Shown here: in pieces, positions 52,741-62,915 of the stretch
Layout: each line of letters opens with the position of its first letter
How positions within the stretch are numbered: the stretch's first letter is position 1
NCBI GenBank assembly: GCA_051003155.1
Contig: JBPCLO010000013.1
Coordinates: 93,634-157,633 of the forward strand
Reading direction: 5' to 3'
DNA: 64,000 nt
Source of the DNA: Fimbriimonadales bacterium
GTDB lineage: Bacteria; Armatimonadota; Fimbriimonadia; Fimbriimonadales; ATM1
Notes under the pieces: generated by a model
The model's database searches: none
Seen by the model: the letters and a program-made list of their open reading frames with translations, nothing else
What the model was told of the DNA's origin: nothing
Translations under genes and position numbers: made by a program

Positions 52741-54162
52741 TTAGATGTCGAAATAAAGGAAGAACTCATGTGGGTGCGGCCGTAGGTCGATCGCGTCCAC
52801 TTCGTGCTTCAGTTTGTAGCCGATGTAGTTCTCGATAATGTCCTCGGTGAAGACATCTCCCTTCAAGAGCCATTGGTGGTCGTTCTGCAGAGCCTCCAGC
52901 ACCAACCGTAGCGAGCCAGGCGTCTGCGGAATGTTCGCTTTTTCGGCTGGCGGAAGCTCGTAGAGGTCCTTGTCCATCGGAGCTGCCGGTTCGATTCGGT
53001 TCTGGATTCCGTCGATCCCCGCCATCATGATCGCGGAGAAAGCGAGATACGGGTTGCACGTGGGATCGGGGGCTCGGAACTCGATGCGTTTAGCTTTCGG
53101 GCTCTTGCTGTACATGGGAACGCGCACGCAGGCGGACCGATTTCGCTGCGAGTAGACCAGGTTGATCGGCGCCTCGTAGCCCGGCACCAGACGGCGGTAG
53201 CTGTTGGTTGTCGGGTTGGTGAAGGCGAGCAGGGAAGGGGCGTGCTTGAGAATACCGCCCACGTAAAAGCGAGCCAAGTCGCTGAGACCTGCATATCCGG
53301 CCTCGTCGTACATCAGGTTCTCGCCGTTCTTCCAAAGGGACGAGTGGACGTGCATACCGCTGCCGTTGTCGCCGTAGATCGGTTTCGGCATGAACGTCGC
53401 CGTCATTCCGTACTCGAACGCGGTGTTTTTCACGATGTACTTGTACATCTGCATCTTGTCCGCGATCTTGGTAAGCTCGTCGAACCGCACATCGATCTCG
53501 CACTGGCCGGCGGCGCCGACTTCGTGGTGGTGAAGCTCCACCTGGACGCCCGCCTCGGCCAGCTTCATAGCCATATCGGAGCGCACGTTTTGCAGTTTGT
53601 CGTTCGGGGCGCACGGAAAGTAGCCGCCTTTGGGGCGCATTTTGTATCCGAGGTTCGCTTTCGAATCGTCGTTCGAGTTCCAGGGCCCCTCGTCGCTGTC
53701 GATGTCGTACCCCGCTCGGTGCGACTCGCTTACATAGCGGATGTTGTCGAACAGGAAGAACTCGGCCTCGGGGCCGAAGAAAGCGGTATCGGCGATGCCG
53801 GTTTGTCGCAGGTACTGCTCGGCCTTCTGAGCGATGTAGCGGGGGTCGCGGGAATAAGATTCCCGTGTGAGCGGGTCCTCGATGTTGCAGAGGATGATGG
53901 CGGTCGCGACGTCGGTGAACGGGTCCATGAACATGGTCGTCGCGTCGGGGACGAGGAGCATGTCGGACTCGTTGATGGTCTGGAAGCCCCGGATGCTCGA
54001 GCCGTCGAAGCCGAGGCCATCTTCGAAGAGGTCTTCTTTGAATTCGCTTACGGGAATGCTGAAGTGCTGCCAGGTGCCGGGCAGGTCTGTGAATCGAAAA
54101 TCGATCATGCGCGCATCGTGCTCCTGCGCGAATGACACGGCCTTTTTGGGGTCCATCGTCAT
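52741..54162 (-). CDS. glnA: Glutamine synthetase type I
   Basis: FDGSSI, GPEAEF, HHHEV, TFMPKP..GDNGSGMH, NRSA, RIEFR; AGGAGG RBS. Confidence 0.98.
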   Translation of the reverse strand: MTMDPKKAVSFAQEHDARMIDFRFTDLPGTWQHFSIPVSEFKEDLFEDGLGFDGSSIRGFQTINESDMLLVPDATTMFMDPFTDVATAIILCNIEDPLTRESYSRDPRYIAQKAEQYLRQTGIADTAFFGPEAEFFLFDNIRYVSESHRAGYDIDSDEGPWNSNDDSKANLGYKMRPKGGYFPCAPNDKLQNVRSDMAMKLAEAGVQVELHHHEVGAAGQCEIDVRFDELTKIADKMQMYKYIVKNTAFEYGMTATFMPKPIYGDNGSGMHVHSSLWKNGENLMYDEAGYAGLSDLARFYVGGILKHAPSLLAFTNPTTNSYRRLVPGYEAPINLVYSQRNRSACVRVPMYSKSPKAKRIEFRAPDPTCNPYLAFSAIMMAGIDGIQNRIEPAAPMDKDLYELPPAEKANIPQTPGSLRLVLEALQNDHQWLLKGDVFTEDIIENYIGYKLKHEVDAIDLRPHPHEFFLYFDI

Positions 54163-54199
54163 TGTTTCCTCCTAAAACTCTGTGCGAATTGTCGTCTTG

Positions 54200-54330
54200 C
54201 CCCAAGGCGCCGTTGCCCGGGAATTACGGCATGCCGTAAGGCGCAAAAAAAGAGACACCGATGCCTCGGTGCCTCTCGAATGCGTCTCTGCCCCCTATGG
54301 AAGCGTGGCCTACCACGGGTTTTATTATAC
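54200..54330 (-). promoter_or_regulatory. glnA promoter and leader with terminator and ANTAR-like hairpins
   Basis: TATAAT near 54324-54329; GC-AGAGAC-GC and GC-ACCGAG-GC hairpins, the second inside terminator gagaggcaccga-ggca-tcggtgtctc-T7; GGC-AACGGC-GCC downstream. Confidence 0.7.
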
Positions 54331-54347
54331 CTGCCCGACCTATTTCG

Positions 54348-55340
54348 TCACTTCGGTGTTAGGACGAAGCCGCGCGTCGATCCGTCCGGAAGTGACCCCT
54401 GTCCGCACATCTGCCCTGCGTTATTGATGGCGGAAACCCGGAGCTCGACGAATCTTGACCCCGCCGGAATCAAACTGTCCAGGAGAAGAACAATGCCGTT
54501 CTCCCAAAGAAAGTACTCTGAACGCCCGACTCCGTTGTAGGTTACGCCGATAACCTGGTTGCGGTCGTTAACCCCGATCGCATAGCTGTACGGGAACCTA
54601 CTGCCCGGAAACTCGATAATCTTGTTGCTACTCCATATTACGGCTTGGTCATCAATTCCGCCGACGATAGTCCCCGTGTTGTTTATCGCGACGGCCACCG
54701 AGCTGTGGGTTCCGCTAGGCAGCATCGTTACATGTCCACTGCGCCAAACGAACGCTCTGTCATAGGTGATGCCTACCGCGCCGACAATTACGCCGTGTTC
54801 GTTGGTGTCCCCAACGCCAACATGGCCTACTTCAGGCAAGATTTCTTTGTAAGAATGGTATTGCCATAGCGCGGCGCCATTCTGATACGCTTGTCCTCCA
54901 AGATTCAGGATCACTTGTCCGACATCGTTGATGTCGTTTGCGCTTGCAAGGTCTCCGTAACCTGGGGGCAATTCTTGCATCGGCGAGACGTTGGCGTCTC
55001 GATCCCACATTGCAGCGTGCGGCGGGCCCTCGAAGCCGTCTGTACAGAATCCGACTGCGATTCCCGACTCGTTAATGGCATTCGCGACCGATGTAATATC
55101 GCCCGGTAGGGATGGCAACCGAGTTATCACACCACGCCTATACACGAAAGCGCGGGGAAAAGCAAACCCGTACATCAGCGTGTTGGTGGTTCCCAAGACA
55201 ACGCCTGAGTCGCTGATGTAGTTGCATGAGCTATTTTCAGCTCCGAGCGTTCCGAACCAGGTGATTTCGTAGCCGTCGGCGGCGCACGGATTGGGCCATG
55301 CTGCCAATACGCAAATCAAGGCACCCGTGATGCGCACCAT
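54348..55340 (-). CDS. Secreted HAF-type repeat protein
   Basis: Repeats ANAINESGIAVG, ANDINDVGQV, AINNTGTIVG, AINNAGQMCG; ends RGFVLTP. Confidence 0.82.
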   Translation of the reverse strand: MVRITGALICVLAAWPNPCAADGYEITWFGTLGAENSSCNYISDSGVVLGTTNTLMYGFAFPRAFVYRRGVITRLPSLPGDITSVANAINESGIAVGFCTDGFEGPPHAAMWDRDANVSPMQELPPGYGDLASANDINDVGQVILNLGGQAYQNGAALWQYHSYKEILPEVGHVGVGDTNEHGVIVGAVGITYDRAFVWRSGHVTMLPSGTHSSVAVAINNTGTIVGGIDDQAVIWSSNKIIEFPGSRFPYSYAIGVNDRNQVIGVTYNGVGRSEYFLWENGIVLLLDSLIPAGSRFVELRVSAINNAGQMCGQGSLPDGSTRGFVLTPK

Positions 55341-55524
55341 GAATATGATCATACTAGGTCAGGAAATCAGGAGCGCGCAAAGGTCGTTTTGCAAGAATGT
55401 CTCCTGATGTTCGACTCCCGATCGCAGTTTTTAGCCAATCGATCCCGACTTCGCCAGGCGTGCTCCAGCTTCCATTTACCGCCCGAACGCCATCACTACA
55501 ATATGACGCTCTGGCCTTGGTGTT

Positions 55525-57276
55525 TTAGGAGTCACAATTATCGAGGCGCTCGACAAACCGGTCCACCGACATAGCGCCGATGTCACCTTGCTCGCGGGAG
55601 CGGACGCTGATGGTACCGGCTTCGATATCTTTGTCCCCCACGATTAGCATGTAGGGAATCTTCTGACCCTGGTTCTCGCGGATTTTTTTGCCGAGGGTCT
55701 CGCGACGGCCGTCGATCTTGATGCGGAGCTGTCCGTCCTTATCGACGAGCTGGTCATTAACGGATTGCGCGTAGTCGATGTGCCGGTCGGCGATGGGCAG
55801 GATCGCGATTTGTACGGGCGCCATCCAGAAGGGAAATGCGCCGGCGTAGTGCTCCGTAAGCAAGCCGATCATGCGCTCGAGCGAGCCGAACGGCGCGCGG
55901 TGGATCATGATCGGCCGGTGCGGTTTGCCGTCCTCGCCGATGTACTCCATGCCGAATCGCTCGGGCAGGTTGTAGTCGACCTGAACAGTTCCCATCTGCC
56001 AAGTGCGCCCCAGAGCGTCCTTGATCATGAGGTCGGCCTTCGGGCCGTAGAACGCGGCGTCGCCCACCGAGACGACGTATTCGATTTCCATCGAGTCGCA
56101 CGCCTCTCGGATTGCCGTTTCCGACTTCTCCCAGTTGTCGTCCTCGCCCACATACTTGTCGCTGCTCGGATCGCGCGTGCCGATGCGGATCGTGAAGTCT
56201 TCCAGCCCGAGCTTCCGCCGCGTGACGAGCATGAGGTCGAGCACATTCTTGAACTCGTCCAGCAGCTGATCGGGAGTGACAAAGAGGTGCGCATCGTCTT
56301 GCGTGAAGCCGCGCGCGCGCAGGATTCCCGTCACCTCGCCGCTCTGCTCGTACCGATAGACCGTGCCGAACTCGGCGAGGCGCACCGGCAGGTCGCGGTA
56401 GCTGCGAAGCTCCGACGCGTAGATCTCGATGTGGAACGGGCAGTTCATCGGCTTTAGCAGGAACTGCGTGTCGCCGTCGTCCATCACCGGGTACATCTTG
56501 TCGCGGTACGTGTTCCAGTGGCCCGACTTTTCCCATAGCTCCTTCTGGCCAAGGTGCGGCGTGACGACCGGCTGGTAGCCGCGCTTGAGCTGTTCGCTCT
56601 TCATGAACTCCGTTAGGACTTCTCGAAGGACCGCGCCATTGGGCAGCCAAAGAGGAAGCCCCTGGCCGACGCTCTTGGAAAACGCGAAGAGGCCGAGTTC
56701 CTTGCCGAGGATTCGGTGGTCGCGCTTCTTCGCTTCTTCGAGGTTATTGAGATACCGGTCGAGCTCCTCCTTCGTCTCGAACGCGGTGCCGTAGAGCCGC
56801 GTGAGCATCTTGTTCTTCTCGCTGCCGCGCCAGTAGGCGCCGGCGATGTTGAGGAGCTTGTAGTGCTTTATCTCGCCCGTCGAAGCCACGTGGGGGCCGC
56901 GGCAGAGGTCGACGAAGTCGCCCTGCTTGTAAAACGTGATCGTGTCGCCCTCGGGGATGTCGTCCAGGAGTTCGACCTTGTAGGGGTCTTGGCACAGGCG
57001 CAGGATGATGTCCTTGGCGCCGTCGCGGCCGGCCTCCTCGCGCTCGATAGGGAAGTCGGCTTTCGCGTTCTCGGCCATCCGTGCCTCGACTTTCGCGAGG
57101 TCGTCCTCCGTGAACTTCTCGTCGCCGAAGTCGATGTCGTAGTAAAAGCCGTTCTCGATCGGCGGGCCGATGGTGAGCTTGGCGTCGGGGAAGAGCTGGA
57201 GCACCGATTGCGCCATGAGATGCGCCGCCGAGTGCCGAAGTGCGTAGAGCTTGGAGTTTAGATAGCTTGCGTCCAT
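55525..57276 (-). CDS. thrS: Threonine--tRNA ligase (no N-terminal TGS domain)
   Basis: RHSAAHL, DLCRGPH, RDHR, KPMNCP, FTQDDAH, FYGPK, IHRA. Confidence 0.97.
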   Translation of the reverse strand: MDASYLNSKLYALRHSAAHLMAQSVLQLFPDAKLTIGPPIENGFYYDIDFGDEKFTEDDLAKVEARMAENAKADFPIEREEAGRDGAKDIILRLCQDPYKVELLDDIPEGDTITFYKQGDFVDLCRGPHVASTGEIKHYKLLNIAGAYWRGSEKNKMLTRLYGTAFETKEELDRYLNNLEEAKKRDHRILGKELGLFAFSKSVGQGLPLWLPNGAVLREVLTEFMKSEQLKRGYQPVVTPHLGQKELWEKSGHWNTYRDKMYPVMDDGDTQFLLKPMNCPFHIEIYASELRSYRDLPVRLAEFGTVYRYEQSGEVTGILRARGFTQDDAHLFVTPDQLLDEFKNVLDLMLVTRRKLGLEDFTIRIGTRDPSSDKYVGEDDNWEKSETAIREACDSMEIEYVVSVGDAAFYGPKADLMIKDALGRTWQMGTVQVDYNLPERFGMEYIGEDGKPHRPIMIHRAPFGSLERMIGLLTEHYAGAFPFWMAPVQIAILPIADRHIDYAQSVNDQLVDKDGQLRIKIDGRRETLGKKIRENQGQKIPYMLIVGDKDIEAGTISVRSREQGDIGAMSVDRFVERLDNCDS

Positions 57277-57394
57277 GATTGTCGCCTCCCCTACAATGGG
57301 AATGGGTTGTATTTTGCGTTTAGAGTACTGATTCGCGCCGAAGGTTACAAAGAGCCGGCTGGCTTCCAATTATGGCGGAAAGGTAGCCTAGGCT

Positions 57395-58033
57395 GTGGGC
57401 ACCTTCTTCGACGCCGAGCTGGAGCGGATACTCGAGGAGTCTGATCAAGAGGACCTTCTCATCAGGCTCGTCGCGTTTCGCAAAGACTCCGAAGACTTGA
57501 AGCTTTTGTTCGACGTGAAGCAGCTTGCAGAATCTGTCCTCGATACCTCGTGGTTGATTACTGCTTCTGGCGTTTGCGATTTCAGGCTCGTTCCTGGGCA
57601 AGTTGACGGCCGAGGGGTATATGACGGCAGACGAGTTCCCGGGGAGTCGGAGTACTTGGAGGTTTCCGATGACAATCCGTTGCTCTGGTATTACACGGCG
57701 AGAACCGGATGCTTGAGTATTCGCGGCAAGGTGGAATCGCCCTTCGACGTTCTCAAGGATCTGGCACGCGAGCACAACACGGCACTTGGCAGCTACCGGG
57801 AATCCGTCACGAACGACGCTCGCTGCCTCGATGTCCTGGCGGCTGGCTACGGAATTCTTGCCGATGGGCCGCTCCCGCTGCTGAGCATTTACGAAAGCGT
57901 GCTAGTACGCAACGGAATCGAATGCACGATTCTCGAGAGCGAAGTCTTGCCAGTATTCGAGAAGAAGCTTGCGCTGCTCATCTACAACGGCTACGTGATC
58001 GCTGACTGGTTCGAGAGCGAAAAGATAATGTGA
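57395..58033 (+). CDS. Hypothetical protein
   Basis: 212-aa ORF filling the gap; GTGA overlap with next ORF; start uncertain. Confidence 0.55.
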   Translation: MGTFFDAELERILEESDQEDLLIRLVAFRKDSEDLKLLFDVKQLAESVLDTSWLITASGVCDFRLVPGQVDGRGVYDGRRVPGESEYLEVSDDNPLLWYYTARTGCLSIRGKVESPFDVLKDLAREHNTALGSYRESVTNDARCLDVLAAGYGILADGPLPLLSIYESVLVRNGIECTILESEVLPVFEKKLALLIYNGYVIADWFESEKIM

Positions 58034-58383
58034 ACGATTGCCTTCTGTGTAACGACACCCAATCCCCGAACCGATTGATGATCGACCGCGTCAACGAATT
58101 CTTCAGTTCCCAGCCCAGAACCTTGTGGCTGTCCACGCTTCTGGCAATTGCGGCCCTCTACGGTCCCGACCTCATTTACGGGCAAGAATCCGACGACCAC
58201 TTTGCGACCTATGCATTCTTCATGGCCGGGGGTTTACTGCTGTTGGCTTGTGTCGGCCTCGCTATCCAACTCGCTTTCTCTAAGGAGCGTTGCGAAAGAT
58301 TGCACGGCTTCGCGTTCCTAGCGTTCTTCGCCGCATGCTTCGCTGTCCCCTTCGCCTTCCGATTCGTAGCGGCCGTTCAGTGA
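58030..58383 (+). CDS. Small membrane protein (3 predicted TMs)
   Basis: Three hydrophobic segments. Confidence 0.5.
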   Translation: MNDCLLCNDTQSPNRLMIDRVNEFFSSQPRTLWLSTLLAIAALYGPDLIYGQESDDHFATYAFFMAGGLLLLACVGLAIQLAFSKERCERLHGFAFLAFFAACFAVPFAFRFVAAVQ

Positions 58384-58478
58384 GCGCACCGGAACGTCCA
58401 GCCCTGCGCGCCGAGGCACATTGCCTCCACGGCAAGAGTGAAGGCATAAATGAAGTGGAAGTTCGAAGGGGAAGGGGG

Positions 58479-58940
58479 CTATTCGGGCGGGAATTCCTGA
58501 GAGGCCACGAACTTCCAGCGGCCGTCGATCCGCTTGAGCGTCTCGGCAAAGCGGCCGGTGAAGGTCGTGGGAACCCACTTGTCGCCCTTTTTCATCTTGA
58601 AACTGACCTTCATGGTCATCCAAGCCACGACCTCGTGGCTTTGCGCTTGAATGTGATTTACCGTGCTCTTCATGCGCGCGTCTTTGGTCGTTTTGAAGAT
58701 CGAGGCCATGAACTTCTTGGTCTCCTCGTAATTCGTAACCTTGCCTTGGGTGTCGGTCGATACGAAGGACGGATCGAGCATGGCGATGAGGCCCTTCAGG
58801 TCTCCCTTGGCGACGAGCGCATCCCACTTGGCGTAAACCGCCTCGATTTCCTTGCGCAGCTGCGGGTTCTCCGCCTGCGCGAGCGATCCGGTTGCAAGAC
58901 AGGCCGCGACAGCGGCGATTAGCATCCTCACAGTTTTCAT
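58479..58940 (-). CDS. Secreted NTF2-like (DUF4440) protein
   Basis: AGGAGG RBS, signal peptide, W...L..GD...L, ends RIDGRWKFV. Confidence 0.8.
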   Translation of the reverse strand: MKTVRMLIAAVAACLATGSLAQAENPQLRKEIEAVYAKWDALVAKGDLKGLIAMLDPSFVSTDTQGKVTNYEETKKFMASIFKTTKDARMKSTVNHIQAQSHEVVAWMTMKVSFKMKKGDKWVPTTFTGRFAETLKRIDGRWKFVASQEFPPE

Positions 58941-59037
58941 CGATTCACCTCCTGATCGGATCACGAAGTTACCCGAGAACACGATGCGACGCCGACGTAT
59001 TTAAACACGTACCAAAGACTTCCTTATCGGTTTGAAC

Positions 59038-61636
59038 ATGAAAAGACTTATGCTGCCAATGTTATTCTCGGTGTTCTCTGTGACGGCCGAGAGCGGGATA
59101 GAATTTTTGTTCGCGCCGCAGGTTGCCGGCGGGACGGCTCCGTATGCGGTGGAGATCGTGGACGTGGACGGCGATCTCGACCGTGATGTCATCACGTCCA
59201 ACTCCGCCGACGATGATCGCGACAACATCAGCGTGATCAAAAACAACGGTGACGGAACTTTCGCCGCCCCGGTGCACTACGAGGTCGGAGAGACCCGTTA
59301 GAGCTGGCCGTAGGCGACTTTAATCGCGATAACCGGCCCGACGTGGTGACCGCCAACTATGGCTCCGGCCAGCAAGTCGGCACGCAAGCCTACATGAGCG
59401 TCCTGATCAATAACGGAAACGGAACTTACGGCCCTTCGACCGATTATAACGTCGGAGAAAACGCGCATCCGCAGGACGTGAAAGTCGGTGACTTCAATGG
59501 CGACAACATTCTAGATATTGCCGTAGCCGCGATGTGGACTTCTAGAATATCCGTGTTTCGCGGCGTGGGCAACGGCACGTTCACCCTGCAAGGTCACTAT
59601 CCTGGCGAGGCGCCGAATTACATAGACGTTGCCGACTTCACCGGCGACGGCCGGCTCGACATCGTTTACTGCAACGTGGACGCGGTGGAGCTCTTACGCA
59701 ATACGGGGACCGGGTTCGTGCGCGGACCTTACATCAACAATTTCCCTATCGGCTGCGCGGGAATCACGGCAGGCGACTTCAACGGAGATAACGCGCCCGA
59801 CTTCGCGACCTCCGGGCGCAACCTCACCGTTTTTACGAACACGGGCGTCGGCGCTTCGTTCACCCGGCAATACTATCCGGTTGGCGAGAATCCGACCGGT
59901 ATCGATGCCGCCGACTTCGACAACGACGGCCACTTGGATATCGCTTCATCGAACTACCTCGCCAATTCCGTTTCCGTTTGGAACAACAACGGCGCGGGAG
60001 GCTTCTTGCCTAGGCGCGACTGGGGCGTTGGCCACAACCCGTGGGGCATCGGAATTGGGCATTTAAACAACGATGCGTTCGTCGATATCGTGGCGCCGAA
60101 CAGTCAGCTCGATCAAACGACGATCACTCCGCTTATGAATCGGGGTGATCGAACATTCATTGCCCGTCGCGACTACGGCCTAACGGGCTACGGCCGAGGT
60201 GTGGAAGTAGCGGATTTCGACCTGGACGGACTGCCGGACGCGGTTTCAGGTGTGTATGTGTCGAATCAGGATAACGTCGCAATTTTCTTCGGCCGCAGCG
60301 ATGGAACTCTCGACGATGCGCTTTATCTCGAGAACTTCGGCAACAACATTCCCACCGACGTAGCGGTTGCCGATTTCAACAACGATGGAAAGCCGGACAT
60401 TGCCGCCAGCATTTTTAGTCCTGGCAACTCGGTGCGTGTTTTTCGCAACGCCGGGAATCGTGATTTCTTCAACAGCATTGTGCTGGAGGCGGGGGGAAAC
60501 CCGTCCGGTGTCGACGCTGGTGACATAACGGGTGACGGCTTCGCAGATATCATCAACAGCAACGGCTCGCAGAACGACAACAGCATTTCGGTTCATGTCA
60601 ACAACGGCAACGGGACGTTCGCGCCGAGTTTGCGAATACCGGTACTGCTTCGCCCAAGCGATGTTGTTATTGCCGACCTGGACATGGACGGCGACCGCGA
60701 CGTGGTCGTGACACATAGTGACGACTCGCGAGTGCTGATCTTTAAAAACGACGGCGACGGCAACCTCGGCGCTCCGCTGGCGTTCAACGCGGGCGGGGCT
60801 CAGGGCAACGCCGTGGTCGCAGATTTCAACGGGGATGGAAACGTAGACATCGGGGTTGCGGCCGGAACGGTCAAATTGCTGCATGGAAACGGAAACGCCT
60901 CGTTCGGGCCACCAATTAACTCGAACGTGCCTGCCGGCAGGATGGACGCGGCGGATTTCGACGCCGACGGGGACTTGGACGTTGTCGGCACGGGGCTAAG
61001 TATGGCGTGGGTCGGCGAGAACAACGGTGGCGCTCTCGCGCTCGTTCTAAGCATGGTCTCAGGATATGAGACCGGCCGCGTTGCCGCCGCCGACATGGAT
61101 GCCGACGGACTTCCCGAAATCCTAACGGCCAATGGCCGCTCGCGGTCGGTCAGCGTCTTCACGAACCTTACGAATGCCGGCAGGTCTGTCCTGCCGACGT
61201 CTGTGCAGGTAAATCCCGGACAGATTCTTAGCGGCGGCTTGTTGTCTCTCATCGCAAGCGACGATAACCGGTTGGTGGTGCGGCCGGGACCGGTGTTCGG
61301 CAGCTTCCAGGCGCCGATCAGCATTATCGTCGAAGGATTCGTACCGGGCCCGGGAGTGACGAGCTTGAAAGCCATCATCGAATCGAGCGGCACTGCCCTG
61401 AACGTCACGGAAACGGTCGAGGCGTACAACTTCACGGCCGGGACGTTCGATCTTGTCTCCACGCCTTGGTGACGGCGAGCGACACGGTAAAGAGCATAAC
61501 AATCCCGCAGCCGTCGCAACACGTCGGTCCTGACAATATGCTGCGACTTCGCGTGCGCTACCGAGCCAACGGGCCGGTCTTCATCTATCCGTGGATGGTA
61601 CGTTTGGACGAAGTTAGCTGGCGGGTGACACCGTAG
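59038..61636 (+). pseudogene. FG-GAP/VCBS repeat protein with shared C-terminal domain, two single-base frameshifts (~59295, ~61465)
   Basis: Many D(F/L)(N/D)GDG..D repeats; frames join YEVGE / PLELAVGDFN and FDLVST / LVTASDTV..GPVFIYPWMVRLDEVSWRVTP*; may be sequencing errors. Confidence 0.8.
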
Positions 61637-62096
61637 CCTCGGCGCTATATTCCTTTGCGCGCTCGGCGATCGTCTCGGGATCGACATCCTCGACGTGGGT
61701 GGAGACCGACCATTTGTGGCCGAACGGGTCCACCAGCGTTCCTGATCGGTCGCCGTAGAACTCGTTCTTCACAGGGCGCGTTTCCTTACCTCCGGCATCG
61801 ATCGCTTGTTTGAAGGCTGCATCGACGTCGTCGACGTAGAGGTGCATCAGCACGCTCGAACCACCCCGCGCGGCCGGGCCGATGAAGTCGATGTCCGGGT
61901 ATTCGTCGGCGAGCATAACTCGCGAGTCACCGATTTTGATTTCGGCGTGGCCGACTTTGCCGTCCGGCTGGTCCATGCGGAAGAGCTCTTCGGCTCCAAA
62001 CGCTCGCTTGTAAAAATCGATCGCGGCCGAGGCGTTGCTGACAGCTAAGTATGGGGTAACCGAGCTGTATCCTTCGGGAATTGGTTTGGTTGTCAT
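61614..62096 (-). CDS. VOC/glyoxalase family protein (PhnB-like)
   Basis: IPEGY..VTPYL, AIDFYKRAFGAEE, HAEI.IGDS, FYGDR.G...DPFGH.W. Confidence 0.92.
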   Translation of the reverse strand: MTTKPIPEGYSSVTPYLAVSNASAAIDFYKRAFGAEELFRMDQPDGKVGHAEIKIGDSRVMLADEYPDIDFIGPAARGGSSVLMHLYVDDVDAAFKQAIDAGGKETRPVKNEFYGDRSGTLVDPFGHKWSVSTHVEDVDPETIAERAKEYSAEATVSPAS

Positions 62097-62297
62097 TGGT
62101 ATTCCCCTATACGAGTATGTTACTTATCCTGCCTCCCGCGAGAGTGCCGTTTCTTGTAAAGATCGCGCGATGAATCTGTGAGCGAATTCGGCGATCGCCG
62201 CCTCATGCGGAACACGTCAGGCCCTGAACCAGTTCGACAACCGAACGTCTGACGACACTTATGTGAACTGTGGCATCATTGAGGAACGAGGTGAAAA

Positions 62298-62588
62298 ATG
62301 TTCTTACCCCTCATGGGCTTAGTATTATGCCAGACGGGCGACGCGACCGCACTCGACCAGCTGCTGGTCCTCGAACGCCTTCAACCTCTCTCGCTTTCCA
62401 AGCCTCAATGCCGTGATTTCTTGGGCCTCGCCGTTCTCATTGGGCAGGCACACGCCGAGGCAAGCCAAAAATTGGCCAAGCTCGCTGACCAAGAGCGACT
62501 GCTCGGCGAAATTACGGATGACCTTGTGGCAGGGAAGACCCTTTCGCTCGAGGCGCTCAAGGCCTTGGCCGATCGTGACCGCGTCTGA
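62298..62588 (+). CDS. Short hypothetical protein, possibly truncated
   Basis: GAGGTG RBS, signal-like leader. Confidence 0.4.
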   Translation: MFLPLMGLVLCQTGDATALDQLLVLERLQPLSLSKPQCRDFLGLAVLIGQAHAEASQKLAKLADQERLLGEITDDLVAGKTLSLEALKALADRDRV

Positions 62589-62915
62589 GCCTTACCCCGA
62601 GAGTATTTAGCTACGCCTTTGACGCGCCGGTCGTGATCGTCCCGGGCTTGTTGCGAATCTCGAGCCAAGGTATGCGTTCACGGACACGCTAACGAGAAGT
62701 TCTGCCCGCCAGAACGAGAGGTCGCGTGTCCGTGCCACCCAACTTGGTCACATTAGGAATCCACCCACCCAGCCCGCGATCCTATATAACCACTATGCGG
62801 GCAGAGCTGCGCGACGGAGGGAACTTCAAGACATGATCATCGGGAGAATTTGCCGTTTGCCGAACCAGCCTTTCGTGTGAAACGCTGACCCAACCAAAGG
62901 AGTCCTATTTAACCT

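Noticed and set aside
32616..54205. Long antisense or alternate-frame ORFs (e.g. 32616-33695, 40043-41281, 53090-54205)
   Set aside because: Shadow ORFs of GC-rich genes with biased composition and no motifs
57277..57394. T-box riboswitch upstream of thrS
   Set aside because: Region is short and lacks a T-box consensus and terminator
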